A stretch of 64,000 bases of DNA, from positions 2,728,001-2,792,000 of the forward strand of contig CM039003.1 of the NCBI GenBank assembly GCA_017499595.2, given 5' to 3'. Numbering within the stretch: the first letter of the stretch is position 1; each line of letters opens with the position of its first letter. The notes under the pieces were generated by a model. That model was not told the DNA's origin and did no database searches. It saw nothing but the letters and a program-made list of their open reading frames with translations. The stretch is from Psilocybe cubensis. Its lineage: Eukaryota. Positions 20,644 to 32,800 of this stretch are shown here, in pieces. The position numbers and the translations under genes are program-made.

Positions 20644-22780
20644 ATGGGTGCGGTCGATCTTCAAGGCCGATTTGTGGGCCCTATGCCTATTGAGGATATG
20701 CTGGAGTTGTTGCCAGTAGCGGAGCTAAGGACCAAAACCATGCTGAATTTCGCGCATAATTACTTCACTGCGTTGGATGTACAGGGCGAGAAGAAAGAGA
20801 TGTCTGATTCATTAGTAAGTCCATCTATTCTATCTATGTATTTCTGATTACTCTAGCTTTGCTTTGGAATGTTTGAAGATTCAACGTGTTATAGCGAGTC
20901 AGGCTATTCCTGGGTTCCAGCTGATCAACTTGTCGAAATATTCTTACGGAGATTCAGAGGCTTTGGTGCCGGATGTGGTGGTGTACAAACAGAGCGTAAC
21001 AGTTCCTCAAAACAACATTGACTACACGGAGCTGGAGTTGGCTTTTGACATTAGAAACACACGAGAAAGAGCCGACCCTTTTGATTGTAGAGCCGTCAAG
21101 ACCATTGGCTCAGAAGGCCAGTCGGAATCTGAGTCTCAATATCCTTTCGAGGCCAGAGGCGACGCGAACAAGGTGTGTCGAAGGCGGATATGCAATTATG
21201 CGAAAAAGTGGCTCTCAGCTCAACACCGCGTGCATTGCTACGTCGTGTATGTTGGTGATCCCTACGCGCGGATTATTCGTTTTGACCGTGCGGGTGCGCT
21301 CGTCTCTGAACAGATTAATTATCGGATTGATGGACATTTACTTCTGGAATTTCTCTGGCGACACTCTCAAACCACTGACGAAGCCCGTGGGCATGATACA
21401 ACGGTCAGAATGGTGCCTCTAGACGACGAGAAAGTCAAGCTGGCACAGAGTAAGCTATACCAATGGAGACCACAAAATGATAACGTGAAGGTTCTCGAAA
21501 TGGATATTCCAACAAATGCTGGTGGGGTGGCACATACAGTTTATGTTTGGGGAGCCTTATCAGAACCCTACTTGGTGACTGGAAGAGCGACTCGAGGATA
21601 CCCGGCGTGGGACCCCAATCGTCCCGAGGGGGAGGACATTGTCTTTTTGAAGGATTCCTGGAGATCATGTGCGCAAGGCACGGAAAAGGAAACCGACATA
21701 CTTCAGATTTTGAACAAACATGGCGTTCGAAATGTACCACAATACCTCTACGGCGACGACATTGCTGGCCACATGACAATCACCCAGGATTATGCCGCAG
21801 CGGAATGGAATGCAGGTGGAGTTACGAAGGATATTATAAAGAGAGTGCACATTCGGTTTGTCGAAGACATCGTTGGTCTTCCTCTTTGGGAATTCGAGAA
21901 CCCAAAGCAGTTGGTTGAGGCTGTCCATGACGCTGTAATCGGTAAGCATGCAATTATGTTCATGATTGATGCTCACCTATCTCGCAACAGCCCACCAGGA
22001 TGCATACCAGCTCTGTGGGATTCTACACCGAGATGTGAGCATAGGAAATATCCTACGGAGGAGAGATGGTGCAGGCGGGGTTCTGAACGACTGGGACCTC
22101 GCGGCGCGCTACAATATTGAAACACATACTCCTCTCACGGACAAGAAGCATCAATCTCGGGCGGTACGTACTTTGCATTGATGTAGTATTAATTCCTGGA
22201 TGATACTATCTCTGTTGAATCTTTTCTAGGGAACTTGGCAGTTCATGTCAATAGGACTTCTCCGGGACCCGTCAAAGGTTCACTATTGCATCGACGATGC
22301 TGAGTCTTTTATTTGGGCCCTTCTTTACTGCACAATGCGGTATATTAAGACCAGCATTGTGCCTATAAGGCTGCAAAATACCATGGAAGATCTATTTGAC
22401 CAAGTTACCGAGGCGTACCAGGCGAATTAAACACAGGCGGGGCAGGCAAACAATCTTTCGTCACCGGCGATCATTCCAGCTTCATAGACTTCGTTGTTAG
22501 CGACAATGAACCACTGAGAAGCCTCATAGCTGAACTCTTCAAAAGTATTATTTTCGAGTTTCGCATTCGTCTTGCAGAGTCTTACATCCACATCGACGAA
22601 CTTATAGAAGACCACCAATTTACTCGTGAGCAGGCTCAAGAAACCTTTATCCGCGAAACCAATGAGCTAGGAGTGCAGCTTTATTTACTTATGGAGTCAA
22701 CTTTGAAGGATTCCCTCAGCAAGGACTGGCCCAAAAGTAATCCAGGTTGGCATGATCACCTCCGTCACCAAAATTCGTAA
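20644..22780 (+). pseudogene. FunK1-type kinase copy B with a 1-bp frameshift in the last exon
   Basis: Same kinase motifs as copy A. At ~22405 the sequence reads CAAGTTACCGAGGC where copies D and F have CAAGTTAACCGAGGC, giving an early TAA at 22428-22430. The homologous frame continues to a TAA at 22778-22780. Could also be an assembly error. Confidence 0.7.
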
Positions 22781-23714
22781 GAGGTCGCAACAGAGTCCCA
22801 GGCTGCCTGACTTGAATAAAGGTCTATACAACGTCCGGTGTCGCGCTCTATGGGCCCGCAGATATGCTATCTTATTATAGAAGAACAATATAATAAAGGT
22901 TCATAAATCTACCAGATTTTTAGCGACTGAAACGTGCTCCTTGAGTACGTCACAGCCTGCCTTTGGAAAATGTTGGAAAATGTTCATCCACAACTAAGTC
23001 GAACTTGAGCTTTGTTGAACCGGAAATTGTAAATGTCGCAAATTTTCTATATCACGTGAATTGGTTGTTGAGTCTTAAGTTGAAGCGCGTCGACTTTTCT
23101 CTTCTAAGACTCGTACCAGCAGCCCAGGAATACTCAAGCCTGGGAATACACTGGTGTTGCTGGTATAAGCTACCTTCAAATTTTTCTTACTTTTCTGAAA
23201 ATCGTGCTGCAGCGGTGGATTGAAGCAAGGATTTACTTCGGTTGGGTGCGGTGAGCATTCATTCGATGAAACCTTTTCACCAACCCTACTCCAAATTGCC
23301 TTCCTTTTGTTCGTTATACTGGCGGCCTAGAAATTTTCGGGCACGGAAATACGCCAGCGCTGTCAGTACATTTGAACATGCTTACAATCTTTCCTTACTT
23401 TTTAACGAAACTAACTGTCTAATCTATTCTCCGTACTTGCTTGACTTTGAGACACTTTGGAAAAGCGGTCGGGTCGTGTATGTTGAATACCGAATGAATC
23501 TTGACCGTTTCTTCAATTCTTATTCTTGACCAAAGCTACAGCACCCTTGTTGATTGTTTTACAAGGTGCTGGGTGGAGATTAAAAGCGGTACCGTCTCCA
23601 ACAATGATACCATGTTAGAACGACGTCGCTTCTGGTTTACTAACATTATCTAGTAATTTCAACAGATTAACCAAAGAGTTTTGATGACAAAAGACAAACA
23701 TGCAGCAACCAGCC

Positions 23715-24585
23715 GTGCTTCACATACCTCCCGCCCAAGGCCGTCGAACAGGTGTACACCTACTGCAACTTTTTTGACAACTCCAAGCTAGCCCAGGTGT
23801 GCGCCGCCCTGCGAAAGCTTGTCTAATGTGCCAAAGAAACGAAAGCCCTGGCAGAAGCTCTACCTCATATAGCCCTTCGACAACCCCAGTCTGCGCGCTG
23901 CACAGGACAGCACCCCCGTGCGTCAGCCGATTACATGGCGGGGCGAGTTGCAGCATCTCATGCGCATGCCAATTATCCTCACCTCCCCCAACGTTTTCGC
24001 AACTCTTAAACCTGACGAACTTTGCTTCAAGGCGGACTCACAGATCTATTAGAGCACAAGTAGGAGGAATGAGGTGGACAGACAGACTCCGTGCAGCTGC
24101 ATACACTCTAAGGGATCACCGTGGAGGAAGGCACGCAAACTGGTGCTCTCGCGCGCCTTTGTCTACTTTCTGGGCAACTACAATCCCTTGACGGAGTACG
24201 ACCTGTTCATTGCCTCGCGATTGGTCAACTGGGAGCACGGTAGGCTATACACCGCGTCATATCTATGCGCCTCGTCAATCTGTAAGAAGAGGCGTTTTAC
24301 AAGCTTCCGAATTCCCCCCTTAGCTTACCGTTTACGCAGTTAGTGATCCCGCGTGAGCTGGCGTTGGGTGAGTCGGAAAGCGATTGGGTGTGTGTTGCGG
24401 GTCCGTGGAATGTCTCGTTTTGCTTTTTGCAACCAACGTGATTTATTGAGTGCGTCGTTATGCGGCGATACTGTCACTCGTGTTGCTAACATCTTATCAG
24501 AGTTTCTTCTACGTTACCGAGCCTTTTAATAATCCACCGGAATCACCAGTAAACTACTCGATGTTTGAAGATGCAGAGTTCCGTT
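23715..24585 (+). pseudogene. Degenerate, 3'-truncated copy of the F-box gene at 15637
   Basis: Colinear nucleotide similarity to 15637-16640 (e.g. CTCCAAGCTAGCCCAG, GTCAACTGGGAGCAC, TGGAATGTCTCGTTTTGCTTTT, ACTACTCGATGTTTGAAGA). Starts with GTG and carries in-frame stops, frameshifts and deletions. Confidence 0.85.
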
Positions 24586-25852
24586 TTATAATTTGTTTAT
24601 TGTTCCATGGCAGTGTGTTTCGATCGTTTTTGATTTTGGCCGTTGTTGAATTAGATTGCTAACCAAGCTTCTAACTTTACGGCCGATCGGAACTGCTATG
24701 TGAATATTTCTGAAGACCGTTGTCAGTAGAATGCTGTACGCCTCGTACATCCTCTGCCGAAATGACAATCGTCTATAGCATCTATTGTGCTTGCTATTCC
24801 CTTTGGGGTGTAAGGCTGCCACGTACGTAGAAAAACCACATGCACAGCAATATTAGTCCAATAAGACCCGAAACTTTGGGGTTGGCAAAAAATGCACCTT
24901 GGAACTTTTGCAAAGGAAGACATTGGGGAGGTTGTGAGAATATACTACGCATCAATATGGATCATTGAGTATGCGATGATAATCTACGTTGATGACTGGT
25001 CCCGAAATGACAACGTTCGAGGGTACATCATCATGCGAGAAGATATGGCCTTGATTTGGTCTGATACATTTTTTAGGGAAGCACGATTCACGGTGAAAGT
25101 AACATATTTGGAAAATATCCAGTGATGTCCTGCGATAATCAAAAGCAGGCAAAGATCTGGTAAGCTTTCCTTCGGCCCGGGACGCCGATGTGCAGTGATT
25201 ACTGAGAAGAAGCTTCTACTGTGCCCGGTATGTTTCACTCAGGGATAGAAGAATCACAAACAGCTATCATAGAAGCTATAATAAAAACATATACTTGAAA
25301 ACAATACGAATGTTGCACCCTGAGATAGAGCGGTCCAAAAGACAAATGCAACTCAAAGGATACCAAGAGGATACACCAAAAAGCCTGCCCTAATAAAGTC
25401 ACATGACGACAGTGTTCAATCGCCAACATGGAATTCTGAGGTGGCATTGGTGATCACATCATCGCCAATCTATGCTAAGTGGTCGGCCTCCGAAGTCTTA
25501 GGTATGGAAATATAGCCTCCACTGCATACAGAGTTTCATTGATTCTAACACGGATTGTTACCTCGAGGTTGTGACTTGTCAGCGAACTATTGGCAACGGA
25601 ACCTTCGAGGCTCAAATTGTTCACACCACTTTTTCAGCTCGGATTGGCTTATCATTGTCTACTTCAGCCGTTTATCGTTTATCTTCGATCTTTCTACTTT
25701 TGTAAGTCTTCTAAAAAGTTCTTCGGTCCGATTATATGGAAATAATCATTGTTATTCAGTCAAACGTGCACAGAACGTGAGGATCTGAAGTACCTCGTTC
25801 GTATCATATTTAAATACCTGCGCTCCGTAGGTCAGTGAGTCATTCTTAACCC

Positions 25853-28463
25853 ATGTCGTCGCCGTCGTCGAGCCCCTCCCCTAACAATGATTCCCCACTG
25901 CCTCTTTCAGATCTCGTTGCCCCAGACTCCAAGTCTGCTTGGACCACTGAAAGTAGTGGTTCGGCAGTCGCCCCAACTCCAACTCCATTACAGTCTGAAT
26001 CTTCGGCTGCCCAAAATTCCACAGTAGCTGCCTTTAAGTCAACCCCTATAAAAAATACATACTCGGGCTCAGGACGTTTCGCCTCTGAAATTGTACCCAG
26101 TGCCAGTCAGGTGAAGAAAAAAATGGTCGAGAACATCCGAGATCACTTTGTGGGGCCTATGCCATTCAATGAACTATTCGAGCTTCTGCCCGTCACCAAA
26201 GAAAGCCTTAAAATCAAACCTAACTTTTCTATGGATTACTTCTCAGGCTTTGTGGTCGACGAAAAAGAGAATACCATGTATGACCCATTTGTACGTCATT
26301 CTTATAGCTTATTTCTTTCATGTTATTAACTCCTTGACTACCGCTCAGATTGAGAAGATCGCCAAGATTAACGCTATGCCTGGGTTCAAATTGGTCAACA
26401 CGTCAAATTATGCAGATCGAGCGATCGTTAAGGATATGAAGAGCAAACCCGATCTGGCGGCATACAAGGATACAGTTAACTTAGACAACGTAACCATCTA
26501 CCGTGAGATGGAGCTTGTCTTCGAGTTCAAGCCACAACAAAATACTGTCGACCCATTCGATTCTAAAGCTACCAAGGTCTCAGGTGTTGTAGGGCAAGTC
26601 TCTGAGCGTCCTTTTGAGGCTACTCCTAATGGGCGCTCTCAATGCCGGGGGCAGATCACTAACTATGCCCGAATCATGATGCACCGCCAACACCGTACTC
26701 ACTGCTATGTGGTCTACATTGGGGGGTGCTATGCCCGCATCATTCGCTTTGATCGCTCAGGAGGACTAGTATCAGAAAGGATTAACTTCAAAAAGCGCGG
26801 TGATTTGCTCCTGGACTTCCTGTGGTACTATTCCCAAACAACTGACGAGGCCCGTGGGCTTGATACGACTGTACGTGTCTTGCCAATCGATGACGTGAAA
26901 GCTATGATGGCACGAAAAAAGCTGAGCGCCTGGCAACCTGCGAGTGGCAGCAAACGTGTCTATGCAATGGATGTTCCGGAACAATTTGTGCCAGCAAAGG
27001 TCCCTGCGCCCACAATGCCAACGCCGACTGTTGCTGATCCAGTCAAAAAATTGCACACAGTGTATGTGTGGGGGTCCCTTTCAGAACCCAATACCGTTAT
27101 TGGACGAGCAACGCGAGGATACCCGGCTTGGGACCCTAGCCGTCCCGAGGGGGAAGACATTGTTTTTCTGAAGGATTCCTGGAGATTGTGTGGGGAAGGT
27201 ATGGAAAAGGAAACCGACATACTTCAGACTTTGAACAGACATGGTGTCCGAAATGTACCCAAATACCTCTACGGCGATGACATACCTGGCCATAGGACAA
27301 TCACCCAGGATTATACCGAAGCGAAATGGAATGCAGGTGGAGTCGCAAAGGATGTTATGAAGAGAGTGCACATTAGATTCATTGAAGACGTTGTCGGTCT
27401 TCCTCTCTGGGAATTCGAGAACCCAAGGCAGTTGGTCGTGGCTATACATGATGCTATAATTGGTAAGCATTGAGTGATTTTCGTGATTCAATGCTCATTC
27501 AATTATCCTGCGGCAGCTCACCAAGATGCGTATCAGCTCTGCGGGATTCTACACAGAGACGTGAGCTTAGGAAATATCCTACGGAGGAGAGATGGTAAAG
27601 GCGGAGTGCTGAATGACTGGGACCTGGCAGCACGCTACAACATTGAAACACATACTCCTCTCAAGGACAAGAGGCAGCAATCTCGGTCGGTGAGTGACTT
27701 GATTTGCTTTGGTGATGACTTGCAGCTAAAAATGTACTATAACCAGGGAACGTGGCAGTTCATGTCAATAGGACTTCTCCGGGACCCGTCAAAGGTTCAC
27801 CACTGCATCGACGACGCCGAGTCTTTTATTTGGGCCCTTCTTTACTGCACTATGCGGTATATGAAGACCAGCATTGTGCCTATAAGGTTACAACCAGTAA
27901 TGGAGAGGATATTTGATCAAGTTGACCGAGATGTCCCAGGCGAATTAAACAAAGGCGGGGCTGGCAAACAATCTTTTGTCACCGACGATCATTCCAGCTT
28001 CATAGACTTCGTTGTTAGCGACAATGAACCACTGACAAGCCTGATAGCTAAACTCTTCAAAAGTATTATTTTAGAGTTTCGCATTCGTCTTGCAGGGTCT
28101 CCCATCCACATCGACAAACTTATGATAGACCACCAATTTACTCGTGAACAGGCTCAAGAAACATTTGACCGCGAAACCAACAAACTAGGAGTACAGCTTT
28201 ATCAACTTTTGGAATCTACTTCAAAGGAGTTTCTCAACAAGGATTGGCCAATTAATGCTCCCGGTTGGCACGACTACCTCAATCCGCCAAAGGCCGGAAA
28301 GGGTGAAAAGCATCCCAGATCTCCAGCAGCCCATATTGAGCCCGATAATCCTGTTGACTCCGCGTATAATTCTAGTTTGGACGGATCTCCCTCGCGCCAA
28401 CCAAGGAAGAAACAGAAGCATTCCGATAATGCGCCATACCGTCCTTCCGGCTCCGCACCTTAG
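25853..28463 (+). CDS. FunK1-type kinase copy C (longest, with Ser/Pro-rich N-terminal extension)
   Basis: ORFs 25853-26329, 26148-27473 and 27474-28463 join by GT-AG introns. Motifs FVGPMP, KPDLAAY, RGQITNYA, HRTHCY, GRATRGY, FLKDSW, HRDVSLGNIL, DWDLA, GTWQFMS. Confidence 0.9.
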
Positions 28464-28909
28464 CTATCCCATGGATCAGAGTCAATGCATCCTGATATGC
28501 GATTGCAGACCAAGTAGTCAGTATACCCGCCTAAAGACCTACTCGATCTTCCATTTTTCTTTTGTTGTCTTTAAATTTTGCAAAAAAACTTTTCATCATT
28601 TTTGTTACCTTTGTCTTAATCAATTGCTTTAAACTTCATGTCTTAGATTTACCTCTGTTTTTCATACCCCTTTGTCATTTTGAAAGTCTCAAAATCTAAG
28701 CTTCGAGCCAATAAAGCTTCGAGCCAATAATTCTCTTAGGGTAGTACCCTTCTGCCGACACTCGCTCTACTCGTCGTTTTACACTGAGTCACAGGTAATT
28801 GTTTTGACATGTTTGTCTCATGACCCCTGCCAGAATTTTCCAGGTCTTTCCTGCCTTCGACCACTGTTTTAACATTTGCGACAGTAGGGAAAAACACAAT
28901 TACGCTTAC

Positions 28910-29622
28910 ATGTCTAGGTCTGCAAGCTCTGACGGAACTACAGGCTCACCAGCCCCCAGTGCGAGTTCCGGTGGTGGAGTGGCGTCAACGGACTATATTC
29001 CAAAGCCAAAACCCAAAGGGGCGAAACCCCCTAATGTGTTCTCCAATGATGGTTCGTTTCTGGACAGGATACGACGGTCTATGAAGGTTTGTGAAAATAT
29101 TAGCATTTATATATAACTTACTCACTTTGGGAACTACAGGAAGAAGAGGATAAAAAGAAAGAAAAAGAAGCCCTCGAAAGGTCGGTGTAACAGACGTCGA
29201 GCGGTGTAGTCCTCCTTTTTTACTCTCTGTCATTCATATTGACGGTGATATAGGAAGAAACATTTTGCAGATCGCTTCGTCAGTTCTATATCGTCCTTCA
29301 ATTGTTTTGATCAAGTGGACTCACCCATATCGTACCCAGAAAACCAGAGGAAAGCGACCACCTCCTACATCCATCCAATCCGCCGCATCAGACACAACCA
29401 CGCCTGAAACTGACGAGTCTCCAACAAAGAAACTAAAGCTCGATGGGGAGTTGGGCATGGACAAGGGGGGCAGAGAGGAGGCTGCACAAGGTCCGTCCGT
29501 CTCTTCCCATTTACGTACAACCTCTCAATTGTTCTCCTCTAGCTGAATATCACAAAGCCATGGAATCCTACCCAGGGAGCCTCAAGGACGGTGGAACTGG
29601 TGTAAGACCTCTGATTAAGTGA
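28910..29622 (+). CDS. Small multi-exon protein resembling the TRIR/C19orf43 family
   Basis: Exon 1 has PNVFSNDGSFLDRIRRSMK, followed by a charged EEEDKKKEKEALE micro-exon, and the protein ends GVRPLIK-stop. The NxFxNDGSFL motif and the RPL(V/I)K end recall TRIR-like proteins (from memory, not searched). Confidence 0.55.
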
Positions 29623-29875
29623 CTGATGATGTTTCTCTCTTTTCCTTCAAGGCCTCAAGATCTTCGTAAGGCGTTTTTTCACTTTTTTTCACTCTTTTTC
29701 TACAAGTAAACTGATGATCCAGAACAAGTCCAGATTTCTATCTGTGGACACCTTTTGTTTTCTTTTTCTTCTTTGGGGGTTTTTGGGCGTTGTACTTTAT
29801 GATACCCATGCATGTCAAATAGTATTACAGAGAGAGGTACAATTGAAAACATAAATCCAAGAATAGGAATATCGA

Positions 29876-32800
29876 CTATGCATCGAGAACACGATAAACC
29901 TAAAATCTGTCAGAATTGTGGAAAAAGCGAGAATAAAAAGGACAAACCTTGACAAGTCCGCTCTTGAGGTCTTCCAAACGGTAACTGACAGACTCGACTG
30001 TCTAGGAAATATTCAGAATGCAAATGATACAAATTGCAAAGAGCGCTGCATACCTGCTGTCCAACGTGCTGATTTGCCTGGAACACCCTGATTTTCGACT
30101 TTTTCGCTTCGAATTCGCCCACAACGCCCACCAACGTCTCACCCGCCGCACCCACGGACTGATGATACGTCTGCAGCCCCTTGTGCCCCTTGAGCTTTGC
30201 ATCCTGAATCTCCACCAAATCGCCCGGCATAATATCGCTGACGCGTTTCACCACCGCCGGCCCGTTCTGCACGTATATTGTATAACCGTACGGCTCTCCA
30301 GCAGCTGTGGGCGCGGGTGCGGCGTTGGGCACCGCTGCAAGCACCTCGCGCACGAATCCGGCGTAGGACCCGTCCCCGATGAGCGTCTTGCGCGATTTCT
30401 CGAAGAGCGACGTAGCGACCTCGCAAACCTGCACGCCAACGCGACCCCACAACGCGATCAGCTCGTCGGCGGACAATTGTCGATCGTTAGCTAGAGGAGC
30501 AGGTGGTTTGGTTGGCGGTGGAGGGGCGGGTGGAGAAGATGGTTGTGCCGCCACTACAGGAGAGGTTGGTTCGGCGCCAGCATCTGTCCACGACATTGTC
30601 AAATCCGAGGCACCACTGAAATCGAGACTGGAATTAGGGATTGACGGGAGCTCCCATTGCGAGGATATGCTATCTCCCAGGTCGGGACGCTGGTGCATAG
30701 GTGGTGGTTGTGGTGCCTGAGGAGCAGACCGTGATGGAGGAGGGCGAGCGGCAGGCCTGGCTGGAGGCGGTGGAGGAGCCTCTTGACTTTCCGGTTCTTC
30801 AACCATAACATATTCAGTGTGAGGCATTTGCGGCGTCCTATGGGGAGGACTCGACGCCCCATCTCCACCTGATACATTTCTCATAGAGGTGGAGCTCTGC
30901 AATGTGCTAGATCGCCTCATCGGCAAGGCGGTCGGTACGGATGGCCTGGAAGGTGGAGAAGAAGGTCCTGTAGATTGTCTGTTGATAGACGGGCGAGCAG
31001 CTCGTGACGGTACTGGAGGAGGAGCCTCTTCGACATGTTCGTATCCAGATTCCTCGGCCTCACTTTCACCAGCCTCAACCTTGACACCTTCTTCAGAAGC
31101 AGCTACGCTTCCATACTCAGAGTCTGTATCTTGGGCAGCTGGAGGCGGAGGGGGCCGTGAGGGAGGTACAGCGCGAGTGGGTGGAGCGGGTGGGACAGCA
31201 GGTGCTGGCGCGGAAGCTCTGTCAACATTCTCCTCTCTCACCATATGCGATCTCGGGGGCGGAGGAGGCAATCCACCAGCACCCATCATCATCCCAATCC
31301 TCATTCCACCCATCGTAGCCAATTTGGCTGCGATCCGTTCCTTCCGCGCTCGCTCCTCTTCTTCTTCAGAAAGTGGCGCTGCAGGTTCTTCGTTTACTGC
31401 AGCTGAACTTTCACCCTCTTTTTGATCTTCTTCCTCAGACTGTCGAGGTGGTGGTCGACTGATGGGGGTAGGGATAGGTGCAGCGCCGAATCGAATACCA
31501 CCCAATTTGGCCATGCGCTCAGCGATTGTCTTGCGGCGTAATTGTTCTGCATCCTCTTCGGCATTATCATCATCATGAGGAGCAGCAGATGGAGGTGCAG
31601 CTGGAGGTGCAACAACAGGCGAATGTACCAGGGATGATCGGCCAATTGACGGTGAAATAGGAGATTGGGCGTCGATTTCCTCTTGCGCTTGAGAAATACT
31701 ACGGAGGTTTACAAATGAGGTTTGCCTGCTTGGGCTATGGAATGCCGGGTCTATGGGGTCTGTAAGACGAAAGGAAGTTGAGTAATTAGGATAGTTGTGC
31801 TCGTGAAAATTGAATAATCACGTACCGCCTTCCTCTTCGTCAAGTATCTCTTCCGAACCCGAGACCGACAGAGAAGGCGTACTTTGCCCAGGAGGAGATA
31901 TGGTTTGAGAAGGCTGCTGCTGCTGCCCACCTTCCTCCTGCGAAGAACTAAACGGTGGGGGGGCGATACGAGGCACTACTGGACGCCTAGGTGGGATAGG
32001 TAGCGCCTGTCCATCATGATCAGAATCCGTCTCCGAATCCTCGTCGTGAGCTGGCACAGGCGGTTTTGCAGGTACACCCTCCACCGAAACGCGATGTGGT
32101 ACAGGCAACGCAGGACTATCGTTCTCCGACCCGTCTCCATCCTCCTCTTCGCCTTGAACCAGTCCGCCGCGTGGTTGGATCGCGATTGGCCCGCGACCGG
32201 AAGGAGGAGGAACGAACAGTTGCGAGGTGGCTAGGCGCTCATCGGCTTCCTCATCTGTCTCTTCATCTTCTTCCACCTCTTCATCGTTCAAGTGTTCAGG
32301 CGCCTGGGGTATGATACGACGAGGTGGTTGGGCAGGCCTGTTGGGGTGGGGCGGGGGCGGCGCCTCGCTCAAATGTTGGGATGAAGCCGGAACCGCTGCT
32401 ACTGCATCTGATGGTTGTGGAGGGTTACTGGGTCGACTCGGAGGAGATGCAACAGCAACCGGCTTTTCATCCACGGAGTCAACATCTCCGTAATCAGATT
32501 CCTCATCTTCACCTTCGCCATCGTCTTTGTCTTGAACTACATACTGCTGAACCTGGACTGTAGGACGTGTGCTGGTCGGAATAGGGGGTGGCGCTGGCAG
32601 TGAGGATGCGATGTCTAATCCTGGATGAGGCTCGGCCACAGTGTTCGGTTTCTCAACTTGCTCATGGGTAGCTGACGCTGATGGAGACCATTGTTTATCG
32701 CGAACTTCACTATCACCTTCGTCTTCTATATATGCGAAGAAAAGAGATGGGAAGAAGGAACGATCAACATAATGTTACACTTCTTTATTGTTCGAGATAC

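Noticed and set aside
23539-23572. Hairpin CAGCACCCTTGT…ACAAGGTGCTG
   Set aside because: Isolated short stem with no associated element ends; compatible with chance.
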